Shown here in pieces: positions 27,933 to 37,723 of a stretch of DNA of 64,000 nt. Where the stretch lies: NCBI GenBank assembly GCA_965261085.1, contig OZ253442.1:864001-928000 (forward strand). Reading direction: 5' to 3'. A model generated the notes under the pieces. That model made no database searches, was not told the origin of the DNA, and saw only the letters and a program-made list of their open reading frames with translations. Source of the stretch: a bacterium. Lineage in GTDB: Bacteria > UBA8248. Both the position numbers and the translations under genes were made by a program. Within the stretch, counting starts at the first letter, position 1. Every line of letters begins with the position of its first letter.

Positions 27933-29411
27933 TTAATTCGTCGGTGCGAACTTGTCGATATAGGCGCCGCTGGCGACGCTCGCTCTCCAGGCCGCGATCT
28001 GCTCTTTCCTGCCGATGTCTTCGGTTATGCGGTTCCAGCCTTTCTCGATGTTTTTCGCCGCCTGTTCAGCGGAGATGTTGCCCTGCATGACCTGGGCCAA
28101 GTTCTTGTCGAGCACGTTGAAGTACTCGTAGTTACCCTCGATCATGAGAAGGGAAATGGCGTTTTTCGCGTTCTTCAGCGTCATCTTGACGAAAGGTTCG
28201 GTGTGCTTGGCGAGCACGGCCTTGTTCGTCAGGTTCGAGGCGCGCATCGGATCCCAGAAGCCCGCGGGATCGGCGATGGCTATGTCGCCTTGGGTCGGGC
28301 CCGTGAACCACTGGATGAAGTAATAGGCGAGCTCGGGGTGCTTGCTGTGCGCGTTCACCATGTAGCCGGTGCCTGCCGCCTGGGGAGCGCGACGAACCAT
28401 TTTGCCGCTCGCTCCTTTCACGGCGGGAGCCGGGCAGGCGAGCTGATGGCCGCTGATCTTGCTCTTCGGGCTGCGGTTGGCGTAGCCCATCGCCGAGGGG
28501 AAGGACATGAAGGAGAAGGCTTGTCCACTTCCCCAGTGAGGATAGAGTTGCGGCGTTCCCCAACCCTGCACGTCGGGAGGCATGTACTTGACGAGGGAGG
28601 AGAATTCCTTGATGGCCCGGATGCCGTTCGGGCTGTTGACGGTGGGGTTCATGTTCTTGTCGAAGAGCAGTCCGCCCAGATATGCCGGGAAATGCCGGTA
28701 GGAGAAGTTGATGCTCCGGTAGGCCTGGGCGCCGTAGAGCGGCTGGTCGAACTTTTTGCCCCAGCGAGTCTGGCCCTTTTTCGTGTGGAAGAATTTGGCC
28801 ATCTGTTCCCACTCGGCCATCGTGTCGGGACACCCGGGCGCCTTGCCGAACTTGGCCTTGTATTCGGCCGCGCCCAGCTTCATGATGTCCGAGCGCAGGA
28901 ACAAGGCGAGGTGGTCGCCGTCGAGGATGAACCAGTAGGTTTTTTCCTTGTAGCTCTGTTGCGCCAGCAGGCCGGAGTCGATGCCCGTAAAATCGGGTTT
29001 TCCCTTGGCCATGTAGGCATCGAGCGGCTGAAGAGTGCCCGCGCCTACGGCGTCCGGTATGACGTAGGGGAAGTGGTTGATGACGTCGTAGTTCCCCGTC
29101 TTCGCCACGGCTTCCGCCATGATTTTGGCCGGGATGTCGGTGTAGCCGTACTGGATGGTCTTGATCTTGACGCCGGTGAGCTTCTCCCATTGCCTCAGGT
29201 ATTTCGGCTGGGAGTTTTTGAAGAGCGAAATCAGAAGCATGGTCTGGGTCGGATTCTTCAGATTATGCTTTTTGACGTACGCTTTCGCTCCGTTGATGGC
29301 GCGCTCCTCGACCGTCTTTCCGGGGTGCACCATCATGGCGGCGATAGCCGTTGAGGCCACGAATGCCGTGAAGCCGATCAGAATCAGTGTTGCGAGAATG
29401 ATTCTCTTCAT
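27933..29411 (-). CDS. extracellular solute-binding protein (sugar ABC)
   Basis: signal peptide MKRIILATL after RBS ggagga; family-1 SBP features. Confidence 0.85.
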   Translation of the reverse strand: MKRIILATLILIGFTAFVASTAIAAMMVHPGKTVEERAINGAKAYVKKHNLKNPTQTMLLISLFKNSQPKYLRQWEKLTGVKIKTIQYGYTDIPAKIMAEAVAKTGNYDVINHFPYVIPDAVGAGTLQPLDAYMAKGKPDFTGIDSGLLAQQSYKEKTYWFILDGDHLALFLRSDIMKLGAAEYKAKFGKAPGCPDTMAEWEQMAKFFHTKKGQTRWGKKFDQPLYGAQAYRSINFSYRHFPAYLGGLLFDKNMNPTVNSPNGIRAIKEFSSLVKYMPPDVQGWGTPQLYPHWGSGQAFSFMSFPSAMGYANRSPKSKISGHQLACPAPAVKGASGKMVRRAPQAAGTGYMVNAHSKHPELAYYFIQWFTGPTQGDIAIADPAGFWDPMRASNLTNKAVLAKHTEPFVKMTLKNAKNAISLLMIEGNYEYFNVLDKNLAQVMQGNISAEQAAKNIEKGWNRITEDIGRKEQIAAWRASVASGAYIDKFAPTN

Positions 29412-29586
29412 CTTGATTCCTCCTCCCTTCGTGTTTGGAAAGGCGATGACTTGCTTCTGAATCGCCGAGATCGAACACAAAATCCATGAGACCGAGTTGT
29501 TTCCACCTTGTCGCCATTGCGACTTCCATGCGACATTGCATTTTCCAGAACCTTCGTTTTCGCGCTTCCTGGCGCGCTGCGGGCTT

Positions 29587-30660
29587 TTACTCCAGCCGTA
29601 AGCCGCTGTCGGCGTCGAAAAAGTGTATAGCGCTCGACTGAAAACCAAAGCGGATTTTATCGCCGGAGCTGAACTCGCGCTCGGCGTCGACCTTGGCCAC
29701 GAGGAATTCCTCATCTCCGCAGGAGAAGAAAATGAGCGTTTCGTCTCCCATCGGTTCGATGAGCCGCACCTCGCCGGGCGCTCCCTCATCCCCGATGGTT
29801 ACGTTCTCGGAGCGTACCCCGATGTTAAGCGTTTTGTTTCCGGCGGATGCGGGCACGACATCCGGCGCGATGTCCATCTCGAAATGCTCGGACAGGAATT
29901 TCGGAGAACCGCCGTTCTCGATGCGCCCCGAGACGACGTTCATCGTCGGTTGACCGAAGAACGTGGCGACGAACTGGTTCTTGGGTTTCCTGTATATTCC
30001 GAGAGGCGTGTCGATCTGCTGCACATATCCGCTTTCCATGACCATGATGCGGTCCGCCATGGTCATGGCTTCGGCCTGATCGTGGGTGACGTAGAGGAAG
30101 GTGGATTTCAAATCCTCGTGGAGGCGCTTGAGTTCCGTGCGCATTTCGATGCGCAGCTTGGCGTCCAGGCTGGAGAGCGGCTCGTCCATGAGCAATACTT
30201 GCGGCTGGGTTATTATCGTTCGCGCCAGGGCGACCCGCTGTGCCTCGCCTCCGGAACACTGGGCGGGTTTTTTGGAAAGAAGGTAGGATATCTTCATGGT
30301 CTGGGCGACTTTCGAAACCCGCTCTTTCACTTCCGCATCCGGAGCCTTGTCCACCCGCAAACCGAAGGCGATGTTTTCAAAGACGCTCATGTGAGGAAAC
30401 AGGGCGAGGTCCTGGAACACCATTCCCAGTCCACGGTCTCCAGGTTCGAGGTGATTCACCACGCGATCGCCTATCAGCATCGTGCCGCTCGTGGGTTCCT
30501 CGAATCCGGAAATCATGTTGAGTGTGGTGGTTTTTCCGCAGCCCGATGGCCCGACCACCACCATGAACTCGCCATCAATCACCTCGAGGTCGACACCCGC
30601 GACCGCGGTGACGGTTTCACCGAATTTTTTGACCAGGTTTTGGAGCGTGATGGATGCCAC
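29587..30660 (-). CDS. sugar ABC transporter ATP-binding protein
   Basis: GPSGCGKT, CSGGEAQRV, MDEPLS, YVTHDQ, C-terminal TOBE. Confidence 0.92.
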   Translation of the reverse strand: MASITLQNLVKKFGETVTAVAGVDLEVIDGEFMVVVGPSGCGKTTTLNMISGFEEPTSGTMLIGDRVVNHLEPGDRGLGMVFQDLALFPHMSVFENIAFGLRVDKAPDAEVKERVSKVAQTMKISYLLSKKPAQCSGGEAQRVALARTIITQPQVLLMDEPLSSLDAKLRIEMRTELKRLHEDLKSTFLYVTHDQAEAMTMADRIMVMESGYVQQIDTPLGIYRKPKNQFVATFFGQPTMNVVSGRIENGGSPKFLSEHFEMDIAPDVVPASAGNKTLNIGVRSENVTIGDEGAPGEVRLIEPMGDETLIFFSCGDEEFLVAKVDAEREFSSGDKIRFGFQSSAIHFFDADSGLRLE

Positions 30661-31066
30661 CGCAATTTTCCCCTTCAAATTCGATGGTCAGCGAACATCG
30701 TTCCGGAACCGATGAGCCTGAATTTTTTGCTCTGAAGGTTATATTATGCACTTGTTTGTTCTGATTTTCAAATCCTTTGAATTTTATATGTGTTTGTACT
30801 GTCCACATCATGCAAGTGAACTTTGGGCTTCAAATTTCTCTGATTTGTTTGTCTAGGAGATATGTGGGCATTCGGCCCCGAGGCGGCTCTGCTTTCGTTC
30901 CTCGTTCGAGCGCTCGAAGAAATTGCCCGGGCGCAGAAAGGCGTCGATTTGAGGGAGCGCGGCGATTCGTCATTTTCCTCGTGTTGAATTTATTTGCATA
31001 ATTGATTAGTAGAACAAAGTTCCATGCAAACCGGGTTGATGCCTTGATTGGTGGTGGGGGATAAAG

Positions 31067-31759
31067 TTGGCTCAAAAAATTCTCATCATAGAAGACGAAT
31101 CCGATATTCGCGAACTTCTCACCTACAACCTTGAGTTGGAAGGATTCGATGTGGTGGGCGCGGCCAACGGCGAGGAGGCTTTCAAGGCGCTCCGGAGCGA
31201 GCCGATCCAGTTGGTCGTTCTCGATCTGATGCTTCCCGATATTTCGGGTCTTGAGATTTGCCGCTACATCCGGCGCGATTCCGCCCTGAGCCGGCTTCCC
31301 GTCATCATGCTGACCGCCAAGGGCGAGGAGGTGGACCGGATCGTCGGCTTCGAGTTGGGCGCGGACGATTACGTGACCAAGCCCTTCAACATCCGGGAAA
31401 TGATCCTGCGCGTGAAAGCGGTGCTCGCGCGATCCAAGATGACGCCGGTTGCGGGCAAGGCGCTCAAGCGCGGGCCGCTCACGATCGACCCCGAGCAATA
31501 CGAAGCGACTGTGGATGGGCGCCAGCTCTCCCTGACGGCGACGGAATTCCGCCTGTTGCATCACCTGGCGGCTCACCCCGGACACGCCCAGAATCGCGAT
31601 GAGTTGCTCGACGTCATCTGGGGAGAAGACAAGTTCGTCACCCCCCGCACCGTGGACACGTATATCCGCCGCCTCCGGGAGAAACTCGGCCCGGCGGGGG
31701 AGATGATCCAGACGCTTCGGGGCGTAGGCTACCGATTCCAGAAAATCTCCGAAGAGTAA
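31067..31759 (+). CDS. phoB: phosphate regulon response regulator (PhoB/PhoP-like)
   Basis: REC plus winged helix (DLMLP, GADDYVTKPF, RTVDTYIRRLREKL); next to the pst operon. Confidence 0.85.
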   Translation: MAQKILIIEDESDIRELLTYNLELEGFDVVGAANGEEAFKALRSEPIQLVVLDLMLPDISGLEICRYIRRDSALSRLPVIMLTAKGEEVDRIVGFELGADDYVTKPFNIREMILRVKAVLARSKMTPVAGKALKRGPLTIDPEQYEATVDGRQLSLTATEFRLLHHLAAHPGHAQNRDELLDVIWGEDKFVTPRTVDTYIRRLREKLGPAGEMIQTLRGVGYRFQKISEE

Positions 31760-31789
31760 ACCTCGCTGGCGCTTGGGGGAAACCCGTAT

Positions 31790-33565
31790 ATGCGCAAGTC
31801 GTTCTACAAGAAGCTGACGGCGAGCTATCTGGTGGTCATCACCGTGGTGTTCGCAGCGGGGTTGATCTATCTCCACTTCGGCCTCTCCGCCCAGTTGATG
31901 GAGCAGGCCGGGGAGAACCTCGCGCGCAATGCGCGCCTCGCACGCCGCCAGTTGGTTTCATCGACTTCCCGGAACGCGCAAGGTTACCGGATGGATGAAC
32001 TCGCCGATGAAATCGGCCGCGCGCTCGGCGTACAGGTGACGGTCATATCCGCCTCGGGGCGGCTGCTTGCGGATTCGGGCCTCGCGCCCGGCGCATCCGA
32101 GAGAGAAGAAAGCCGCGCCGACCGGCCCGAAGTCATCGCGGCGAGAAAAAAGGGAATGGGCTCGAGCGTCCGGCGCAGCCCGAGGGGCGGCGGAGATTTG
32201 CTCTACCTGGCTCTTCCGATAGACGCGGGTCCGGTTTCCGGCGGGGTGATCCGGCTGGCCATGAGCCTTCGGGAAATAGAGGAGACGATAGGCAAGATGC
32301 GGGGCCTTCTCCTCCTGGCCGGCGCTTTTGCGTTTTTGCTCGCCGTGGCGGTCAGCTTCGGGGCGGGGGTGATCGTACGCCGGGGGTTTGACGAGGTCTA
32401 CAATGCCGTGGAGAAGATTTCCCGAGGCGACTTCAGTTACCGCATCGCTTCCAGGCGAAGGGACGAGTTGGGCGAACTCGCCCGGACGATGGACAGGCTC
32501 GCCTCGGAGGTGGAGGCCCATCTCGATGAGCTGCGTAACGAGCGCGACCGTCTGGAGGCGATTCTTGAAGGAATGAACGAGGGCGTCATGGTCACGAACG
32601 CCTCGGGAGATATCCTTCTCGTGAATTCCGCGTTCAGGGATTTCTTCCCTTCGCTTCCTGAGTTCGAGGACGGTACGCCGATTCCCCTGGAGGCCGTGCG
32701 TTCCACCGAGGTGCAAGAAGCGGTGCGGGGTATGCTCTCTCGCTCCGCTTCCCGGATGGAGCGTGAGGTCGAAGTTCTGCCCGCCCGCACGCTGACCCTG
32801 CACGCCAAGCGGGAGAGGGCGGAAAAGGAATCGAACCTCGTTCTGGTGTTTCACGACATCACCGAGGTCAAACGGCTCGCGGGAATTCGGCGGGAGTTCA
32901 CCGCCAACGTCTCCCACGAGTTGCGCACGCCCCTGACGGCGATACAGTGGGCGTCCCAGACGCTGGAAGTGACGGCGCACTCAGACCCCGAGGCGACGCG
33001 ACGGTTCGCCTCGACCATCAATCGGCACGCCCGGCGTCTCTCGGCCTTGGTCGAGGACCTGCTGGAGTTGGGCAGGATAGAATCGAAGGAAGAACACGTC
33101 CGGCCCGAGGAGGTTTCCATACGGAGCGCGATGGACTCGGTTGCGCATACCCTGGCGCCCGTCGTCGAGAAAAAGGGCGTTCACCTGGATATGGAAGTTC
33201 CCGAGGAGGCCGACCACGTCTGGGCGGACCCGGCGGCCCTGGAGAGGATTCTGATCAATCTGGCCGAAAACGGGGTCAACTACAGTTCCGAGGGGAGCCG
33301 AATCAGCGTTTCGGGAGCGTTGCGCGAAGATGGTTTCATCGAGGTTTCCGTGGCCGATCAGGGAGAGGGGATCCCCCCCGAGCATCTTTCCCGGATATTC
33401 GAGCGGTTCTACCGGGTGGATTCGGCCCGCTCCCGGGAGAACGGGGGCACGGGCTTGGGGCTCTCCATCGTGAAGCATCTCGTCCAGGAAATGGGCGGAG
33501 ACGTATGGGTCGAAAGCGCGCCCGGCCGGGGCTCCACCTTCCGCTTCACCATTCCCACCCCCTGA
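31790..33565 (+). CDS. phoR: phosphate regulon sensor histidine kinase
   Basis: 2 TM, HAMP, PAS, ANVSHELRTPL, FERFYRVD..RSR..GGTGLGL. Confidence 0.85.
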   Translation: MRKSFYKKLTASYLVVITVVFAAGLIYLHFGLSAQLMEQAGENLARNARLARRQLVSSTSRNAQGYRMDELADEIGRALGVQVTVISASGRLLADSGLAPGASEREESRADRPEVIAARKKGMGSSVRRSPRGGGDLLYLALPIDAGPVSGGVIRLAMSLREIEETIGKMRGLLLLAGAFAFLLAVAVSFGAGVIVRRGFDEVYNAVEKISRGDFSYRIASRRRDELGELARTMDRLASEVEAHLDELRNERDRLEAILEGMNEGVMVTNASGDILLVNSAFRDFFPSLPEFEDGTPIPLEAVRSTEVQEAVRGMLSRSASRMEREVEVLPARTLTLHAKRERAEKESNLVLVFHDITEVKRLAGIRREFTANVSHELRTPLTAIQWASQTLEVTAHSDPEATRRFASTINRHARRLSALVEDLLELGRIESKEEHVRPEEVSIRSAMDSVAHTLAPVVEKKGVHLDMEVPEEADHVWADPAALERILINLAENGVNYSSEGSRISVSGALREDGFIEVSVADQGEGIPPEHLSRIFERFYRVDSARSRENGGTGLGLSIVKHLVQEMGGDVWVESAPGRGSTFRFTIPTP

Positions 33566-33588
33566 GAGGGGAAATTCCCTCTTTTTTC
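33565..33588 (+). terminator. intrinsic terminator after phoR
   Basis: agagggga-aat-tccctct-ttttt. Confidence 0.55.
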
Positions 33589-33682
33589 TGTATTTTGTTC
33601 GAGCGCGCCTTGCACCTTGTTTTTGGATTTCGGGGGTGAGTCTGAGCATTGTCCCCTTGGGTTCGGAGCCGGTGTCTCGATA

Positions 33683-33754
33683 AATTCATTTGTCCAAAAA
33701 GTCATCCGATTTTCATCCTTTCGTAACATTTCCAACTCCTTTTTTCTCTATAGT
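33683..33754 (+). promoter_or_regulatory. Pho-box array 1 with -10 element
   Basis: 11-bp periodic aagtcatccga/ttttcatcctt/tcgtaacattt, then TATAGT at 33749. Confidence 0.55.
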
Positions 33755-33908
33755 TCACCTCGTTCGGAGAGCAAACGCAGGAAGGAGCGCTTCCGCTCAG
33801 TGTTGCCGACACGCAGCCGCCTAAAAAAGCGATGTTGTTCTCCGGGCGAAGAGGCACGCAGTCCATGGGGAATGGGGGCGCCAGTCTGCCTGAAGGTGGA
33901 AAGCGCCC

Positions 33909-33952
33909 GTGTCACGGTATGTTCACTGTTTTGTCGCACAAATGTAACAAAG
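33909..33952 (+). promoter_or_regulatory. Pho-box array 2 upstream of pstS
   Basis: four 11-bp units gtgtcacggta/tgttcactgtt/ttgtcgcacaa/atgtaacaaag. Confidence 0.7.
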
Positions 33953-34001
33953 TCTTTTGTTTTTTCCTGTAGTTTCAATCCATCAAAAGGAGGAAGTTAG
34001 A

Positions 34002-35003
34002 ATGAGTAAGTTTTCTAAGATTTGGGGCTTGGCCGTTGCGGCTGCGATTTGCCTCGTTCTCGTAGCGCAGCCCGCCGGTGCGGCCCTGATGGTGGACAAG
34101 AAGTTGCCCACCTACAAGGCCACCAGCGGCGTTTCCGGGAACGTAAAGTCTGTCGGATCGGATACGCTGAACAATCTCATGACGCTTTGGGCCGAGGGCT
34201 TCAGGCGTTCCTACCCGAACGTGAAAATCGAGATCGAGGGCAAAGGCTCCTCCACGGCTCCTCCCGCGCTCATCGCCGGGACTTCGAACTTCGGCCCGAT
34301 GTCGCGCGCCATGAAGTCCAAGGAAATGGATGCTTTCGAGAAGAAATTCGGCTACAAGCCGGGCCGCATCCGCGTCGCCGTGGACGCCCTGGCCCTTTTC
34401 ACGAACAAAGACAACCCCCTCAAGTGCCTGAGCCTCCCGCAGGTGGACGCCATTTTCTCAAAAACCCGCAAGGGCGGCATGAGGTCGGACATCGGCGCGT
34501 GGGGCGAGGTCGGCCTCCAGGGCATGTGGGCGAGCAAGCCGGTTTCCGTGTATGGCCGTAACTCGGCTTCGGGCACGTATGGCTACTTCAAGATAGTGGC
34601 CCTCTACAAGGGCGACTACAAAGACTCCGTGAAAGAGCAGCCCGGCTCCTCGGCGGTCGTGCAGGGCGTGGCTTCCGATAAGTTCGCCATCGGCTACTCG
34701 GGCATCGGATACAAGACGGCGGATGTCATCGCGCTCCTGATTTCCAAAAAGACCGGCGACAAATGCTATGGGCCCGAAGCCGCGAACGCCTATTCGGGCA
34801 ACTACCCGATCGCGCGTTTCTTCTACATCTACGTCAACAAGAACCCGAACCAGCCGCTCGATCCCCTGAGAGCGCAGTTCATCAAGTACATTTTCTCGCA
34901 AGCCGGTCAGCAGGCCGTCATCAAAGCCGGGTTTTTCCCGGTGAACGCGGCCATCGCCAAGCTGGACCTGGGCGCTCTCGGCCTCGGGATGGGAAGCAAC
35001 TAG
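34002..35003 (+). CDS. pstS: phosphate ABC transporter substrate-binding protein
   Basis: SVGSDTL, GKGSSTA, GRNSASGTY, YPIARFFYIY; RBS aggagg. Confidence 0.93.
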   Translation: MSKFSKIWGLAVAAAICLVLVAQPAGAALMVDKKLPTYKATSGVSGNVKSVGSDTLNNLMTLWAEGFRRSYPNVKIEIEGKGSSTAPPALIAGTSNFGPMSRAMKSKEMDAFEKKFGYKPGRIRVAVDALALFTNKDNPLKCLSLPQVDAIFSKTRKGGMRSDIGAWGEVGLQGMWASKPVSVYGRNSASGTYGYFKIVALYKGDYKDSVKEQPGSSAVVQGVASDKFAIGYSGIGYKTADVIALLISKKTGDKCYGPEAANAYSGNYPIARFFYIYVNKNPNQPLDPLRAQFIKYIFSQAGQQAVIKAGFFPVNAAIAKLDLGALGLGMGSN

Positions 35004-35082
35004 TTTTTCCAACGCAGCGCAGCGGCGAGGACGACGGAGCGGATTCGTCGTCCCCCCGCTTTCATTTTTGAAAAAGAGAGAT

Positions 35083-37716
35083 ATGGGCAACGAACGAGTT
35101 CCAGACGCAGGCGGTAATGGGCGGAGGAAGCCGGGGCAAACGCGCGACCTGAGCGCGAGGCAATCCGTCCGGATAATCGACAAGATCGTCACAAAGGTGA
35201 TTACCATCGGCGGGCTGTTCGTGATTCTGGCCGTTCTCGGAATCATGGCGTTTCTCGTTGCGGTGGCCCTGCCGCTGTTTGCCGGAGAAACGATAACAGG
35301 CTCGGGCGTCTTCCGGGTCGCCGCGCCCCAAAGCCCTCTCCTCAGCGTCGAGGTGGATGATTACAACACCATAGCCGTTCTGGTGTCGGATGACGGCGTT
35401 TTGACTCCCATCCACGCATTGACCGGAAAACCGCTCAAGCAGCGGAAACTCGATTTCGGGGGTACGCGGGCGACCGCTTTTGCGCGAACGCTCAAGGGCG
35501 GAAACATCGCATTCGGCTTCCCCGATGGAACGGTGCGGTTCGGCAAAATCAGTTTCCGCACACAGGTGTTGCCCGCTGAAAAGACTCCGGGGGGACTCAC
35601 GAAGATCAACGAGCGTGATGTCACCGACGGGAAGGTCGTTTTTTCGAAAATTCCAGGTGAGCAGGTTCGGAAAATCTGGCTGGAAGCGGAGGTCAAGGAA
35701 CCGCAACAGGTCGCGCCGAAAGGGACGGCAATCGTCAAGCTCGATTACAAGGTGGGGGGAACGCCCGAACGCCCGAGCATCTCCTTCGCCTCGGTGGACG
35801 CCGAGGGCGTGGCGCGCCTGAGCCTGACGGAGACGAGGGTCAATCTTCTGACGGGACAGACCACTTCGTCCGTGGAGAGCGTGGTGCTGCCTGATTTGCC
35901 TCGGGGAACGCGCGTCGTGGGCATACTCCTCACGGAAAAAGCCGACAAGGTGTATATCGGCGTCGAAAAAGGGTTCCTTCTGCGCTACGACGCAAGAGAC
36001 TTCAACGCCGTATCCCTCGTGGAAAAGCGCGACCTGCTTTCCATGGATGAAAAGTTAACAATCTTCAAGGCCCTTATCGGCGAGGAATCCATCGTCGTGG
36101 GAGGTTCCAATGGGTCTTTGAGCATCTTTTTCCATGCGCGCACTCCGGGCGCCGCCACGAAGGACGGATTGGTGATGGTGCGCGGGCACGAACTGGAGAG
36201 ACACGCCGCGAGAGTTACGGGTTTTTCCACCTCCCAGCGGAGCCGGATGTTCGCCACGATGGATTCAGGCGGAGACATTTGGCTTCGTCATGCTACGAGT
36301 GAATCGACGCTGTTGCGCTTCAAGGTGAAGGGAATGACGGGTCCCAGGCGCTTCGTCCGCCTTTCTCCCCGCGATGACGCGATCGTCGCCGTGGATGAGA
36401 AGGGCGTGGTGAATTTCTGGAAATTCTCGGCCGAACACCCCGAGACGACCTTTCAGACCCTGTTCGGGAAGGTTTGGTACGAAGGTTATCCCAAGCCCGG
36501 GTATACGTGGCAATCCTCCTCTGGAGACGACGCATTCGAGGAGAAGATATCCCTCATCCCGCTGATATTCGGAACCATCAAGGGAACGGTCTACTCCCTG
36601 ATTTTCGCGATACCCATCGCGGTGCTGGGCGCTATTTTCACCTCCGAGTTCATTGGCCCGGAAGTCCGCTCCGTCGTGAAGCCCGCAATGGAGATGATGG
36701 CCTCGCTACCCTCGGTGGTTCTAGGCTTCGTGGCCGCTCTGATTCTGGCGCCCATCGTGGAAACATGGATCGCCGCGATCCTTCTCTCGTTCATGCTGAT
36801 ACCGCTTCTCCTGTTGTTATCGGCCTACTTATGGCAAGTGATGCCGCCGCGCATCTCCCTCCCCTTGTCGGGATTTCCGAAAATCAGTCTGATTTTCTTC
36901 GTGATCATCCTGGGTTCGTTGCTTGGTTATCTTATCGGGCCGGGGTTCGAGAGGTTTTTCTTCGGCGGCGACTTCAAGGCCTGGGCGAACGGAAACATCG
37001 GAATAGCGACGCCGATGCTGTTCATCATTTTCTTTCCCGTGTCTTTTCTGGTCGTTGCTTTCGGGGCCGAGCGGCTTTTCGGGTATGAATGGAAACAAAG
37101 GCTCAGGCGGATGCCCCATTCGCGGGGCGCGCTCTTCGAGCTTCTTCGCTGGGCCGGAATGCTGGTCGTCGCCGGACTGCTGAGTTGGGTGACGGCCGTG
37201 GTGCTCACGGCGCTCGGCCTGGATGCGCGTGGCGGGGTCATCGACACCTACGTGCAGCGAAACTCTCTTGTGGTGGGCTTTGCGATGGGCTTCGCCGTCA
37301 TTCCGCTCATCTACACCATCGCCGAGGACGCGCTCAACTCCGTACCGAGCCACCTCAGGGCGGCGAGCCTCGCTTGCGGCGCAACGCCTTGGCAGACGGC
37401 CCTTTGGGTCATCCTGCCCACAGCGGCCAGCGGAATTTTCGCCGCCGTGATGATCGGAATGGGCCGCGCGGTGGGTGAAACGATGATCGTCGTCATGGCG
37501 GCGGGGAATACCCCGGTTCTGGATTGGAACATTTTCTCAGGCCTCAGAGCGCTTTCGGCGAACATCGCGGTGGAGCTTCCAGAAGCCGTGAAGGACGGGA
37601 CGCTCTACCGGGTGCTGTTCCTGGCGGCCCTCGTCCTCTTCGGGATGACGTTCATCGTCAATACGGTGGCGGAGGTGGTTCGCCTGCGTTTCCGCAAGCG
37701 CGCCTCGCAGTTGTGA
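35083..37716 (+). CDS. pstC: phosphate ABC permease, long form with periplasmic beta-propeller-like region
   Basis: LPSVVLGF, GRAVGETMIVVMA.GN, ANIAVELPEA. Confidence 0.88.
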   Translation: MGNERVPDAGGNGRRKPGQTRDLSARQSVRIIDKIVTKVITIGGLFVILAVLGIMAFLVAVALPLFAGETITGSGVFRVAAPQSPLLSVEVDDYNTIAVLVSDDGVLTPIHALTGKPLKQRKLDFGGTRATAFARTLKGGNIAFGFPDGTVRFGKISFRTQVLPAEKTPGGLTKINERDVTDGKVVFSKIPGEQVRKIWLEAEVKEPQQVAPKGTAIVKLDYKVGGTPERPSISFASVDAEGVARLSLTETRVNLLTGQTTSSVESVVLPDLPRGTRVVGILLTEKADKVYIGVEKGFLLRYDARDFNAVSLVEKRDLLSMDEKLTIFKALIGEESIVVGGSNGSLSIFFHARTPGAATKDGLVMVRGHELERHAARVTGFSTSQRSRMFATMDSGGDIWLRHATSESTLLRFKVKGMTGPRRFVRLSPRDDAIVAVDEKGVVNFWKFSAEHPETTFQTLFGKVWYEGYPKPGYTWQSSSGDDAFEEKISLIPLIFGTIKGTVYSLIFAIPIAVLGAIFTSEFIGPEVRSVVKPAMEMMASLPSVVLGFVAALILAPIVETWIAAILLSFMLIPLLLLLSAYLWQVMPPRISLPLSGFPKISLIFFVIILGSLLGYLIGPGFERFFFGGDFKAWANGNIGIATPMLFIIFFPVSFLVVAFGAERLFGYEWKQRLRRMPHSRGALFELLRWAGMLVVAGLLSWVTAVVLTALGLDARGGVIDTYVQRNSLVVGFAMGFAVIPLIYTIAEDALNSVPSHLRAASLACGATPWQTALWVILPTAASGIFAAVMIGMGRAVGETMIVVMAAGNTPVLDWNIFSGLRALSANIAVELPEAVKDGTLYRVLFLAALVLFGMTFIVNTVAEVVRLRFRKRASQL

Positions 37717-37723
37717 GGATAGG

